A stretch of 24,000 nt of DNA from Methanocaldococcus sp. GTDB taxonomy: Archaea > AGJL01 > Methanococci > Methanococcales > Methanocaldococcaceae. A program made the position numbers and the translations under genes. Under the pieces are notes generated by a model, which made no database searches, was not told the DNA's origin, and saw only the letters and a program-made list of their open reading frames with translations. The stretch spans positions 753-24,752 of the forward strand of contig NZ_JACCLX010000015.1 of the NCBI RefSeq assembly GCF_024490875.1, in the 5' to 3' direction. Positions 9,948-20,953 of the stretch are shown piece by piece (position 1 is the stretch's first letter; every line of letters begins with the position of its first letter).

Positions 9948-10430
9948 ATGATAACCATAGATATTGAATTAAAAGATAAACCAGGAGAGTTGTTAAAAGT
10001 TTTAACACCAATATCAAAGTATGGAGCTAATATAATAAGTGTGATTCATTCAAGAGAAGATAAGAGAGGAGGAAAGGTTCCTGTTAGAATAGTTATTGAC
10101 ATTGAAGATTATGAAAAATTAAAAAAAATTTTAGAAGATTTAGAAAAAGAAGGAGCAATAATTAAAAAAATTGATGGAAAGGATAAAAAAGTTTATTTAG
10201 ATGTCGTAGTTATTGGGCACGTTGTAGATACAGATATAAAAGATACAATAGATAGAATAAACGAAATTGGACTCGTAGAGGATTTAGATTTAATTATGCC
10301 ACATCCAGATAAGGAATCTTCGGCAATTATGAGGATTATAATAGACAAAGATAAAATAAATGAACTTTTTTATTTATTTGATAAATTGGAAAAAGAAAAA
10401 AATTTGTTTTTTATAAAATCTATACTCTAA
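9948..10430 (+). CDS. ACT-domain protein
   Basis: The N-terminal ACT-like segment [31 protein letters not shown]. It starts 3 nt after carS and sits just upstream of hom, so it is probably in the same operon. Confidence 0.65.
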   Translation: MITIDIELKDKPGELLKVLTPISKYGANIISVIHSREDKRGGKVPVRIVIDIEDYEKLKKILEDLEKEGAIIKKIDGKDKKVYLDVVVIGHVVDTDIKDTIDRINEIGLVEDLDLIMPHPDKESSAIMRIIIDKDKINELFYLFDKLEKEKNLFFIKSIL

Positions 10431-10450
10431 TTTTATTACTTGGTGAGACA

Positions 10451-11461
10451 ATGGACATTATCATAATTGGATTTGGAGCAATAGGTAAAGGAGTTGCTAA
10501 AGTTTTATATGAAAAGAGGGAATATTTAAAGGAAAACTTTGAGGAGTTTAAAGTTGTAGCAATAACAGACAGTTCTGGAGCGGCAATTGACGAGAATGGT
10601 TTAAATTTAAAAAAGGCAATTGATGTTAAAGAAAAAACAGGAAAAATTATAAATTATCCAGAAAAAGGTAGAGAGATGAGTTCAATAGACGTTATAAGAA
10701 ATGTTGATGCCGATGTAGTTGTTGAAGTAACACCCTCAAACTTAGAGACAGGAGAACCTGCTAAAACCCACATATTAGAGAGTTTTAAAAATAAAAAACA
10801 TGTTGTGACAGCAAATAAAGGACCTTTGGCTTTATTTTATAAAGAGTTAATTGAGGCGGCAAAAAAATACAATGTTATTTTTAGACACGAGGCATCAGTT
10901 GGAGGAGCAATGCCTATAATAAACTTAGCAAAAGAAACATTAGCAGGAAATGAAATTTTATCAATAAGAGGAATTTTAAATGGAACTACTAACTATATAT
11001 TAACAAAAATGGAAAAAGAAGGATTAGACTTTGAAACTATTTTAAAAGAGGCTAAAGAATTGGGGATAGCTGAAACTGATCCTACTCAAGACATTGAAGG
11101 TTTAGATACCGCAGCAAAGATAGTTATTTTAGCAAACTCAATTATGGGAATGAATAAAACTATAAAAGATGTAAAAGTTAAAGGAATTAGCAGAATAACA
11201 CCAGAGGCAATATTCTTAGCAAATAAAAGAGGCTATACAATAAAACTTATTGGTCAAATTAAAGATAAGCACTTAATTGTCGAGCCAATGCTTATACCAA
11301 TTGATAGCCCACTAAATGTTAAAGGAACTTTAAATGTGGCTATGTTTGAAACAGATTTGGCAAAAGAGGTTGTAGTTGTTGGGAGAGGAGCAGGGCCAAT
11401 AGAGACAGCATCAGCTATTTTAAGCGATTTAATCCATATTTATCAGATAACAAGAAGGTAG
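10451..11461 (+). CDS. hom: homoserine dehydrogenase
   Basis: Rossmann [23 protein letters not shown], and [25 protein letters not shown]. Confidence 0.9.
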   Translation: MDIIIIGFGAIGKGVAKVLYEKREYLKENFEEFKVVAITDSSGAAIDENGLNLKKAIDVKEKTGKIINYPEKGREMSSIDVIRNVDADVVVEVTPSNLETGEPAKTHILESFKNKKHVVTANKGPLALFYKELIEAAKKYNVIFRHEASVGGAMPIINLAKETLAGNEILSIRGILNGTTNYILTKMEKEGLDFETILKEAKELGIAETDPTQDIEGLDTAAKIVILANSIMGMNKTIKDVKVKGISRITPEAIFLANKRGYTIKLIGQIKDKHLIVEPMLIPIDSPLNVKGTLNVAMFETDLAKEVVVVGRGAGPIETASAILSDLIHIYQITRR

Positions 11462-11490
11462 ATTTTTACTTTTGATTAAAAAAGAAAATA

Positions 11491-12333
11491 TTATTTAATA
11501 TTACTATTTTGAGGGTTTGAATATGGCATAAATTCAACAGTTCCTCTCTGTCTAACTGGCTGTTTATACAACTCCATCAATGCATAAACTTCCTCTGGGA
11601 CATTTGTATCTACATCCAAACCAAGTTTTTTTGCCTCTTCTACTGTGATTGGATAATCATGAGTCCATCTACCCTCAGTTAGTATCCTTGATAATTTTTT
11701 AGCCTTTTCTTCTCCATACTTATCTTTTAATAAATTATATATAAAATTTTGAACTTGATTTATTGCTTTTTTAGCAATATCTGCTAATATTAATGTTTGA
11801 TCATCTACTTTTTCAACACCTTTCTGCTCAACAGTTTTAACAATACTTGGAGCAGGATACTGGCCAAGTTGTGGATCTACTGGACCTAAAACTGCATTTT
11901 CGTCCATAATTATTTTATCTGCCGCTAAGGCTATTAAAGTTCCTCCACTCATCGCATAGTGAGGAACTATAACCCTCGTTTCTGCTGGATGGGATTTTAA
12001 AGCCTTTGCTATTTGTGTAGCCGCTAAAACTAAACCCCCAGGAGTGTGTATAATTAAATCAATCGGTTTATCTTTTGGAGCAGACCTTATAGCTCTCAAA
12101 ATCTCTTCACTATCTTCTATTGATATAAACCTGTATATTGGTATTCCAAAGAATCCTATACTTTCTTGTCTATGTATTAATGTAATTACCGTTGAATTTC
12201 TTTTATCTGAAATCTCTTTAAGGAGTCTTAACCTTGCAAGTTGTAATTGTTTATACTGTATTTGCGGTGCCATAAGTATATAAAAAAACAATAGCCACCA
12301 GATTAAACTAAAAAATCCTCCAACAATATCCAT
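11491..12333 (-). CDS. membrane-anchored ClpP-fold serine protease (SDH-proteinase family)
   Basis: N-terminal TM segment, then IHTPGGLVLAATQIAKAL...HYAMSGGTLIALAADKIIM...GPVDPQ. Its start overlaps the upstream stop as TAATG at 12331-12335. Confidence 0.75.
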   Translation of the reverse strand: MDIVGGFFSLIWWLLFFYILMAPQIQYKQLQLARLRLLKEISDKRNSTVITLIHRQESIGFFGIPIYRFISIEDSEEILRAIRSAPKDKPIDLIIHTPGGLVLAATQIAKALKSHPAETRVIVPHYAMSGGTLIALAADKIIMDENAVLGPVDPQLGQYPAPSIVKTVEQKGVEKVDDQTLILADIAKKAINQVQNFIYNLLKDKYGEEKAKKLSRILTEGRWTHDYPITVEEAKKLGLDVDTNVPEEVYALMELYKQPVRQRGTVEFMPYSNPQNSNIK

Positions 12334-13808
12334 TATGTTCCCCTCATATTAAATATTCTTTTTATCCATTTATCTAATACCGCTAAAAAATTATCGTTTT
12401 TATCATATATATTTTTTGTTATGCTGTTATCTTCTAAATTAACTTCTGGAATATCTATATTTAAATCAACATTAAGTGCATTTTTGCAAAAACTTTCATA
12501 GTCAATCTCTATCTCTGGAATAAGCCCTCTACTTTCATTAGATACTTTTCCTACTCCATAAAGTTTTATGTTATACTTTTCTGCCAACTCTTTTAACTTA
12601 TTAAAGATATTCCAATCATACACCTTATTCAAAATAATTCCTTCTACTTTTATTCCAATATCTTTAAGTAGATTATAATAAGAGATTGCCTCAATAAATG
12701 CTCCTTCAATTCCACTTAAATTACAGGAACTTATAATATAAACAGAAAATCCAAGTTTTTTAGCAATTTGGTAAGAAGATAGATTTTTAAATGCGGCAGT
12801 AAAAGCTCCCATAACTCCTTCAACAATTATATATTTATACTCTGAATTTTTTACATATTCTAAAAATTCATTTACCTTAACCCAACCCCTCTCACCAATT
12901 TTTATGCTGTTGTATTTTGTCATCTTTTCTCTTAACAAATAAAGAGGAGGAACTATATCTCTAACATCTCCTCCAATTTTAGCTACAAAAACCTTTCCGT
13001 CTAATTTTCCAGATATTGCAGTAGTTATAAATGTTTTTCCACTGTTTGATGATGTAGATAATAATATAATTCCATATTTTTTGTTCTTATCTTTTGATTT
13101 ATCCTCTTTATGATATAACTTAGGATTTATTCTATATTTTAATGCTCTCTTTTTTAATTCCTCTTTTATTATCTTATTTTTTGTAAAAATTTCTTCCTTC
13201 TCATCTTCCTCAACATTCAAATGCTTTAAAAAATTGTCTCTAATAAATTCATTGTCTAAAAAGTTATGGGCCATAGTTCCAAAGACCTTTCCTTTAAAAG
13301 CCCCAGAAATTATATTTTTTTCCTCATTTATCTTATAATTTAACTTTTTAACATTTGATATTGTTAAAATTTTTGTCTCTTTATCAACTATTTTTATATC
13401 TCCATATGTGTGACAGTGAAAACCTTCTCCAACTCCCTCCCCAAAGATAGATTTTTTTAATTCAAATTTAACTCTATCAGTGCAAACCAATGGATAAAAT
13501 TCTACATCTAACAACCCTAAACCTTCTCTAAAAATAGGAATAGTGCTTTTTCTACCAACATCTACTTTTTTTGATAATATTTGAAAGCCACTGCATATTC
13601 CTATAATGTATCCATCAAAATTGACTATTTCTTTCTTTAACTCATTAGTTAATGAATTACTCTCTATTAAACTACCTCCCGGAATTATCAAAACTTCTAA
13701 ATCTTTAATTTCTTTGTAATTTTTTTCATCAATAATTTTTGTAGGTAAGTTACCAAAATCTTCAAATAGTGGCAAAGAACCTTTTATATCCAAAATTCCA
13801 ATTTCCAT
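12333..13808 (-). CDS. CobQ/CobB-type glutamine amidotransferase domain fused N-terminal to a CbiA/DTBS-like P-loop domain (permuted order)
   Basis: aa 1-200: IIPGGS...GICSGFQIL...[12 protein letters not shown] (GATase_3-like Cys and His). aa 200-245: Lys/Glu linker. aa 246-470: [12 protein letters not shown]...IVEGVMGAF...GIILNKV (nucleotide-binding domain). Confidence 0.7.
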   Translation of the reverse strand: MEIGILDIKGSLPLFEDFGNLPTKIIDEKNYKEIKDLEVLIIPGGSLIESNSLTNELKKEIVNFDGYIIGICSGFQILSKKVDVGRKSTIPIFREGLGLLDVEFYPLVCTDRVKFELKKSIFGEGVGEGFHCHTYGDIKIVDKETKILTISNVKKLNYKINEEKNIISGAFKGKVFGTMAHNFLDNEFIRDNFLKHLNVEEDEKEEIFTKNKIIKEELKKRALKYRINPKLYHKEDKSKDKNKKYGIILLSTSSNSGKTFITTAISGKLDGKVFVAKIGGDVRDIVPPLYLLREKMTKYNSIKIGERGWVKVNEFLEYVKNSEYKYIIVEGVMGAFTAAFKNLSSYQIAKKLGFSVYIISSCNLSGIEGAFIEAISYYNLLKDIGIKVEGIILNKVYDWNIFNKLKELAEKYNIKLYGVGKVSNESRGLIPEIEIDYESFCKNALNVDLNIDIPEVNLEDNSITKNIYDKNDNFLAVLDKWIKRIFNMRGT

Positions 13809-13827
13809 TATTTATCACCTATAAAAA

Positions 13828-14844
13828 ATGTTCAAAGGGAAACAGATGGAAACTTTTAAAAAGATAATCTTAGGGATTTTTATTATAATTTTGCTCATAG
13901 TTATTGAGTCAGTAATATTAATGATTTGCGAAGGATGGGACTTTTTTACAGCATTTTATACAGCAGTTGTGACAATATCAACAGTTGGTTATGGAGATTA
14001 TACTCCAAAAACATTTATTGGAAAGTTGTCCATAATTGTATTCATATTTGCTGGTGTCGGGGCAGTAGCCTATACGATGAGTAACATTGCTGAGTTTCTT
14101 ATAGAAGGACATTTTAAAAAATATTACAGGTCGAAAAAGATGTCTGATAAACTTAAAAAACTTCAAAATCATTATATAATTTGTGGTTATGGAAGATTGG
14201 GAAGGGTTGTAGCATATGAGTTAAAAAAATCAGGAATTCCTTTTGTTGTTATTGATAAAGATGAGAAATTATTGCAAGAGGCTATTGAAAAAGATCCAAG
14301 TCTTATATGTATCGTTGGAGATGCAACATCTGATGACATATTAAAAAAGGCAGGGATTGATAGGGCTAAGGGTTTAATATCAGTAGTAACCTCCGACGCT
14401 GAAAATGTATTTATCACCTTATCAGCAAAAAAATTAAATCCAAATATTTACATAGTTGCAAAAGCAGATGATCAATCAACCTTAGATAAATTAATAAAAG
14501 CGGGGGCAGATAGGGCTGTATGTCCTTATATAGTTGGAGGTTTGGAAATTGCAAAAATAGCCATTAATCCAGATGTTGTTGAATTTATCCATTCATTAGT
14601 GGCTTCACAGGAAGATATAGAAATTAGAAGATTTGTTATAAAAAATTATGAACTTGACAATAAATCAATAAAGGATTCAAAAATTAGAGAAAAGACAGGG
14701 GCTACAATTTTAGCTATTAAAAAAGGAAATAAGATGATTACAAGTCCAACGCCTAACACAATAATTAACGTTGGAGATATTATATATGCATTTGGAACTA
14801 AAGAACAACTTGAAAAATTAAGAAAGTATGTTGAAGGAGATTAA
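13828..14844 (+). CDS. two-TM potassium channel with RCK/TrkA domains (MthK-like)
   Basis: Selectivity filter TVGYGDY, RCK Rossmann IICGYGRLGR, and a TrkA-C-like C-terminus. An alternative start is ATG at 13846 (METFKK). Confidence 0.9.
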   Translation: MFKGKQMETFKKIILGIFIIILLIVIESVILMICEGWDFFTAFYTAVVTISTVGYGDYTPKTFIGKLSIIVFIFAGVGAVAYTMSNIAEFLIEGHFKKYYRSKKMSDKLKKLQNHYIICGYGRLGRVVAYELKKSGIPFVVIDKDEKLLQEAIEKDPSLICIVGDATSDDILKKAGIDRAKGLISVVTSDAENVFITLSAKKLNPNIYIVAKADDQSTLDKLIKAGADRAVCPYIVGGLEIAKIAINPDVVEFIHSLVASQEDIEIRRFVIKNYELDNKSIKDSKIREKTGATILAIKKGNKMITSPTPNTIINVGDIIYAFGTKEQLEKLRKYVEGD

Positions 14845-14941
14845 ATAAGTATAACAATAGTATAAATTAAACAAAGTTATAGATTAAATTAAAATTAAAT
14901 TAAAATTTTTAAAAATTATAAAAATTAAGGTAGGTGAGAGT

Positions 14942-16204
14942 TTGATATTAATAAAAGATGTTTATGTAAATGGAAAAAGGCAGGATATATTAATTGAAGG
15001 AAACAAAATAAAAAAGATTGGAAAAGTTAAAAAAGATGAAGTTGAAGATGTTGAAATTATTGATGGAAAGAAAAAAATAGCAATTCCTGGTTTGATAAAT
15101 ACTCACACCCATATACCAATGACATTGTTTAGGGGAGTTGCTGATGATCTTCCACTAATGGAGTGGTTAAACAATTATATATGGCCAATGGAAGCAAAAC
15201 TTAACGAAAAAATCGTTTATTGGGGAACATTATTAGGATGTATAGAGATGATTAAAAGCGGAACTACTACATTTAATGATATGTATTTTTACTTAGAGGG
15301 GATATCTAAGGCAGTAGATGAAAGTGGAATGAGGGCTGTTTTAGCCTATGGAATGATTGACTTGTTTGATGAAGAAAGAAGAGAAAAAGAGTTAAAAAAC
15401 GTTGAAAAATACATTAAATATATAAATGAATTAAATAACAGTAGAATAATTCCAGCTTTAGGCCCACATGCCCCATATACTTGCTCCAAAGAATTATTAA
15501 TGAAAGTTAATGAATTGGCTAAAAAATATAATGTTATGATACACATTCATATGAATGAGACATTAGATGAGATTAAAACAGTTAAAGAGAAAACAGGAAT
15601 GGAGCCATTTATTTATTTAAATTCATTTGGGTTTTTTGATGATGTAAATGTTGTTGCCGCCCATTGTGTCCATTTAACAGATGAAGAGATAAGAATAATT
15701 AAAGAAAAAAATATAAATGTATCTCATAATCCTATTAGTAACTTAAAGTTAGCCTCTGGAATAGCCCCAATACCTAAACTTTTAAAAGAAGGGATAAATG
15801 TTACATTGGGAACTGATGGCTGTGGAAGTAACAATAATTTAAATTTATTTGAGGAGATAAAAATAACTGCTATTTTACATAAAGGAGTTAATTTAAATCC
15901 TACTGTAATTAAGGCAGAGACTGCTTTTAATTTTGCTACAAAAAATGGGGCTAAGGCGTTGAATATAAAATCTGGAAAAATAAAAGAGGGTTATTTGGCT
16001 GATATAGTTTTAATAAATATGGATAAACCATTCCTATATCCAAAAGAAAATATTATGTCTCACTTAGTTTATGCATTCAATGGCTTTGTGGATGATGTTA
16101 TCATAGATGGAAAAATAGTAATGAGAGAGGGTAAAATATTAACTGTTGATGAAGAAAAAGTATATGAAAAGGCTGAGGAAATGTATGAGATTTTAAGAAG
16201 TTAA
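14942..16204 (+). CDS. dadD: amidohydrolase: 5'-deoxyadenosine / 5-methylthioadenosine / S-adenosylhomocysteine deaminase (DadD/MtaD type)
   Basis: NTHTHIPMTLFRG metal-binding motif, HIHMNET, AHCVHL, GTDGCGSNN. TTG start with AGGTGAG 5 nt upstream. Confidence 0.85.
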   Translation: MILIKDVYVNGKRQDILIEGNKIKKIGKVKKDEVEDVEIIDGKKKIAIPGLINTHTHIPMTLFRGVADDLPLMEWLNNYIWPMEAKLNEKIVYWGTLLGCIEMIKSGTTTFNDMYFYLEGISKAVDESGMRAVLAYGMIDLFDEERREKELKNVEKYIKYINELNNSRIIPALGPHAPYTCSKELLMKVNELAKKYNVMIHIHMNETLDEIKTVKEKTGMEPFIYLNSFGFFDDVNVVAAHCVHLTDEEIRIIKEKNINVSHNPISNLKLASGIAPIPKLLKEGINVTLGTDGCGSNNNLNLFEEIKITAILHKGVNLNPTVIKAETAFNFATKNGAKALNIKSGKIKEGYLADIVLINMDKPFLYPKENIMSHLVYAFNGFVDDVIIDGKIVMREGKILTVDEEKVYEKAEEMYEILRS

Positions 16205-16614
16205 TCTCTAAACTCATTTAATAATTTTATTAATAACAGTTTATTGACAATTTTTATATTTTTTAAAATAATTCCTCCTTTTGCTTCATATCCTACAATT
16301 AAAACATCTTCACCATTATATTTTAAAACAAATGTTTTTTTATTTTTTACCAATGTATCGGCAATTTTTGAAACCTTAGACATTAAGTCGTTAATATTTT
16401 TAATATTTGATAAAATATTTGAAACTGATATATTTTCTTTTTTATCAATCTGCATAGCGCTCATTAACTCCTTTATTGTTTTTACATTAAAAATATCTAA
16501 AACAATAAAATTTTTATCAACAGTTAAAGAAAAGATATTTTTGAATATTATTTTTAAATTTCCTTCTTTTATTAAATTCTGAAATAAAAATAGATAATTT
16601 ATTTTATCGAGCAA
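16201..16614 (-). CDS. hypothetical protein
   Basis: ORF track. K/N/I-rich composition is typical of this genome. The opposite-strand ORF (16244..16582) is F/S/I-rich, like an antisense shadow. No family recognised. Confidence 0.5.
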   Translation of the reverse strand: MLDKINYLFLFQNLIKEGNLKIIFKNIFSLTVDKNFIVLDIFNVKTIKELMSAMQIDKKENISVSNILSNIKNINDLMSKVSKIADTLVKNKKTFVLKYNGEDVLIVGYEAKGGIILKNIKIVNKLLLIKLLNEFRD

Positions 16615-16633
16615 AATCTCACTAATTATATTT

Positions 16634-16966
16634 TTATTCTTTTTTCTCTTTTTTTAAAGGAATGATTTTTAAGCCAACCTCTCCATTAATCGTGAAATTG
16701 TCAAATACAATTCTTACCTCGCTACCACTGCCCTCTAATATCTTAGTAATTTTATTAATATCTATATTAAGTTTAGGTAATTTTTCTTTAACTTCTTCAA
16801 CGAGTTTTAAAATTTCTTCTACCTTTTCTTTAGAAATTACTTCTTTTTTATCTTTTAAACTATTTAAAAAATTAGTAATTTTATCTATTTTTTCAGCGAT
16901 TTCTTTAGGAACTTCAATTTTTATTTCTTTAACTTCTTTTTCTTCTGCCATTTTTATCCCCCACAA
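16634..16966 (-). CDS. hypothetical Lys/Glu-rich protein
   Basis: ORF track. The track start is TTG at 16966. GGGGGAT lies 4 nt upstream of ATG at 16951, so 16634..16951 is likely. The N-terminal part looks coiled-coil-like and the C-terminus beta-like (VRIVFDNFTINGEVGLKIIP). Confidence 0.5.
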   Translation of the reverse strand: MWGIKMAEEKEVKEIKIEVPKEIAEKIDKITNFLNSLKDKKEVISKEKVEEILKLVEEVKEKLPKLNIDINKITKILEGSGSEVRIVFDNFTINGEVGLKIIPLKKEKKE

Positions 16967-17013
16967 TTTTTTGTTAATTTTATTTTCGATATAATCTTTG
17001 GAGAATCTAATAT

Positions 17014-18733
<1,720 letters not shown>

Positions 18734-18764
18734 CATTTATCCCCTTTGGGGCGTGATTTTATAC

Positions 18765-18866
18765 CCATAGGGCTCCGCCCTATTGTTATACGCCGCATAG
18801 AGGGATACCCTCTATTGCTATACTCCCTATGCATTGCTTCTTAAAAGAAGCAATGCCTCTTTTTAA
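18765..18866 (+). other. 102-bp block of three consecutive hairpins occupying a spacer position (candidate small RNA or inserted element)
   Basis: H1 is ATAGGGC-tcc-GCCCTAT (18767-18783). H2 is ATAGAGGG-ata-CCCTCTAT (18797-18815). H3 is GCATTGCTTCTT-aa-AAGAAGCAATGC (18831-18856) followed by a T5 run. Confidence 0.5.
18831..18865 (+). terminator. terminator-like perfect hairpin plus T5 run
   Basis: A 12-nt perfect inverted repeat at 18831-18856 is followed by CTCTTTTT. The T-run follows the hairpin only on the plus strand. Confidence 0.35.
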
Positions 18867-19031
18867 CTTTCCCCTTTGGGGCTTGATTTTAGACAGGCAT
18901 TTCTAAAAGTCCTCCCCTCCTCCGTGAGAGAGCTTTCCATCCCTTTGAGGCCTGATTTTAAACAAATTATAAAGAAAAAATAGAAAAGGTGAGATGATGA
19001 CTTTCCATCCCTTTGGGGCATGATTTTAGAC

Positions 19032-19426
19032 AGGACACAATTTGAAGAGATAAACTTTTAAAATTACTTTATTATTCTCCTATAATAGGGGGTTAGGGTT
19101 CGGAGAGTCAATTACCCTTAGTTATTTATATACCTCCGAACTTATATATAAATTTTTCTATTTTGATTTATTTGCTTAAAATCCTTTAAATTTTTAATAT
19201 TAACCTAACTATCAGGGAAAATTGAAGATAAAAACAATTAAATAAAATCACTCAAAAATCTAAATAATTTAATAAAATCAAATATTAAAATTCATTAAAA
19301 TAAAAGACCCTTCGAAATTTGATAAAAATTTTTAAAATTCAATAATCTCAAATTAAACTCCTCTAAATTAAAAAATAAAAATTTTTAGCGAGAGAGGTGA
19401 TAATGAATAAAAATACAAACTAATGG
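19032..19426 (-). promoter_or_regulatory. candidate CRISPR leader (AT-rich, ~400 bp) with TATA-like box
   Basis: It adjoins the best-conserved repeat (19001-19031). On the minus strand AAAAATTTATATATAAG (TATA at 19152-19145) lies ~115 nt upstream of the first repeat. The length is comparable to the long-repeat leaders described for M. jannaschii. Confidence 0.45.
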
Positions 19427-19460
19427 GGGAGTATCTCAATAGAGGGGTAAAGCCCTCTAT
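19427..19460 (-). terminator. hairpin module immediately downstream of the tfs stop codon
   Basis: Minus strand: ATAGAGGG-ctttac-CCCTCTAT-TGAG-ATACTCCC, starting 2 nt after the TAA of tfs. A T5 run follows ~30 nt further on. Confidence 0.35.
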
Positions 19461-19462
19461 GG

Positions 19463-19789
19463 TTAATCATACTCTCTCCAAGTATGACCACATTTTTTAC
19501 ACTTGTAGAATCTTGTTTCTGGCTCATCAGCACATCTTGTCTGTTGTAGCCACCAATATGCCTCATTATGCCCACATTTTGGACATTCAATTCTTGTAGT
19601 TGGTAATGTATCTAAACTTTTTCCTTCAATAACTGTAATTTTTACTTTTTTACTTTCTAAGTGTTCTTTATATTCATATTCTTTACTTCTACTCTCAGTA
19701 GATTCTTCCTCATATCCACAAACAGCACATTTTAATTTTCCATTTTTTGGTAACATTAAATTATTACACTTTGGGCAAAACTTTACCAT
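19463..19789 (-). CDS. tfs: transcription factor S (TFS; RNA polymerase subunit M-like)
   Basis: Two zinc ribbons: CPKCNNLM...CAVCG and CPKCGHNEAYWWLQQTRCADEPETRFYKCKKCGHTW, with the acidic tip. Confidence 0.95.
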   Translation of the reverse strand: MVKFCPKCNNLMLPKNGKLKCAVCGYEEESTESRSKEYEYKEHLESKKVKITVIEGKSLDTLPTTRIECPKCGHNEAYWWLQQTRCADEPETRFYKCKKCGHTWREYD

Positions 19790-20291
19790 CTTTCCACCTC
19801 ATATAATCTTCAATTATTTTTTTATGATCAAAAGCCAATTTTGGTAAATTATTTATATCAAAAAATTTTGCTTCTTTTGCGTCATCTCCTGCTTTTAATT
19901 CTCCTCTCATAATATTTAATATAAAGACAATTGAAATAACGTGTCCTCTTGGGTCTCTATCTGGGGAGGAATAAACTCCCAATAAACTTTTTACTTTTGT
20001 TATTAAGCCAGTCTCTTCATAAACTTCTCTAACAATGGCATTTTCAACTGTTTCTCCACATTCGACAAATCCTCCTGGCAAAGCAAAACAATTCTTAAAT
20101 GGATTATTTTTTCTTCTTATTAATAGAATTTTATTGTCTTTTTCAACAATTCCATCAACTGCAACACTCGGATGGAGATGTAACTTATATTTTTTTAAAT
20201 CTCTCTTTTTTATAATTTTTTTAGAAAATCTTTTACCAAATAAATTTAAACTAATTATTTTCCCACATATACAGAAGCATTTTTTATTCAT
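19764..20291 (-). CDS. Nudix hydrolase (ADP-ribose pyrophosphatase-like)
   Basis: Nudix box GGFVECGETVENAIVREVYEETGL. The 3' end overlaps the tfs start by 26 nt. Same adjacency as the M. jannaschii ADP-ribose pyrophosphatase and TFS genes, as I recall. Confidence 0.85.
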   Translation of the reverse strand: MNKKCFCICGKIISLNLFGKRFSKKIIKKRDLKKYKLHLHPSVAVDGIVEKDNKILLIRRKNNPFKNCFALPGGFVECGETVENAIVREVYEETGLITKVKSLLGVYSSPDRDPRGHVISIVFILNIMRGELKAGDDAKEAKFFDINNLPKLAFDHKKIIEDYMRWKDGKVLPKV

Positions 20292-20374
20292 ATTCTCACA
20301 TTCTATTAAAGATATAAAAACTTTATATAGAAATTAAAAATATTTTAAAATACATATAGTTCTATTTAAAATTT

Positions 20375-20953
20375 GTGGTATTTATGAAGGATGAGATAGA
20401 AGTTATAGGATTTGACGATGCTCCATTTAATAAAAATGATAAAGTTTGCATATTGATAGGCACTTTTATGAGGGGAAATAAAATAATTGATGGTGTCTAT
20501 TTTAGAGAGTTTAAAAAGGATGAAATGGATGTCACAGATAAAATAATAGATATAACTAAGGGGAAGCATTATAATAAAATAAAGGCAATTTTTTTATCTG
20601 GAATTACTTTTGGTGGATTTAACATTGCAAATCTCTGGGAGATTTATAGAAAAACTAAAAAGCCAGTTATTGTAGTCATTGATAAGTATCCAAATAAGGA
20701 GAAAATATTTTCAGCCCTTAAAAAATACTTTGACGATGCAGATGAAAGAATAAATCTCATAAAATCCTTTCCAGATGTAGAAAAATTAGATAATATTTAT
20801 GTTCAGTATGTTGGAACTAATAGAGATTTTGTTAAAAATATTGTTAAAAAGACAAAACTTAAAAGTAAGATTCCAGAATGTTTGAGAATATCCCATTTAA
20901 TTGGTAGAGGATTCTTAGAGTTGAAAAAAATAAATTATAAAAATTTAGAATAA
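20375..20953 (+). CDS. UPF0215/DUF99 family protein (EndoV-like fold)
   Basis: VIGFDDAPF...GITFGGFNI...PECLRISHLIGRG is typical of DUF99. The track start is GTG at 20375, but ATG at 20384 is more likely. Confidence 0.7.
   Translation: MVFMKDEIEVIGFDDAPFNKNDKVCILIGTFMRGNKIIDGVYFREFKKDEMDVTDKIIDITKGKHYNKIKAIFLSGITFGGFNIANLWEIYRKTKKPVIVVIDKYPNKEKIFSALKKYFDDADERINLIKSFPDVEKLDNIYVQYVGTNRDFVKNIVKKTKLKSKIPECLRISHLIGRGFLELKKINYKNLE

Larger units (their letters stand above)
18734..19031 (-). CRISPR. orphan CRISPR mini-array: repeats at 18734-18764 (degenerate), 18867-18894, 18933-18963, 19001-19031
   Basis: The plus-strand repeat is CTTTCCATCCCTTTGGGGCATGATTTTAGAC with inner palindrome CCC(C)TTTGGGG. 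Spacers are 38 nt (18895-18932) and 37 nt (18964-19000). The minus-strand reading GTCTAAAATCATGCCCCAAAGGGATGGAAAG resembles the Methanococcales repeat family and ends in an ATGGAAAG handle-like 8-mer. Degeneracy increases toward the left. Strand call is tentative. Confidence 0.75.

Noticed and set aside
14845-14941. Short AT-rich iterations (AAATTAAAATTAAATTAAAATT) upstream of dadD as a regulatory repeat.
   Set aside because: This is low-complexity AT sequence typical of intergenic DNA in this genome. It has no conserved GC anchor and no second copy.
18990-19045. A C/D-box sRNA, suggested by ATGATGA (C-box-like) in spacer 2 at 18994-19000.
   Set aside because: There is no CTGA D box at the expected 45-60 nt distance and no terminal stem. 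The match lies inside an ordinary-length CRISPR spacer.
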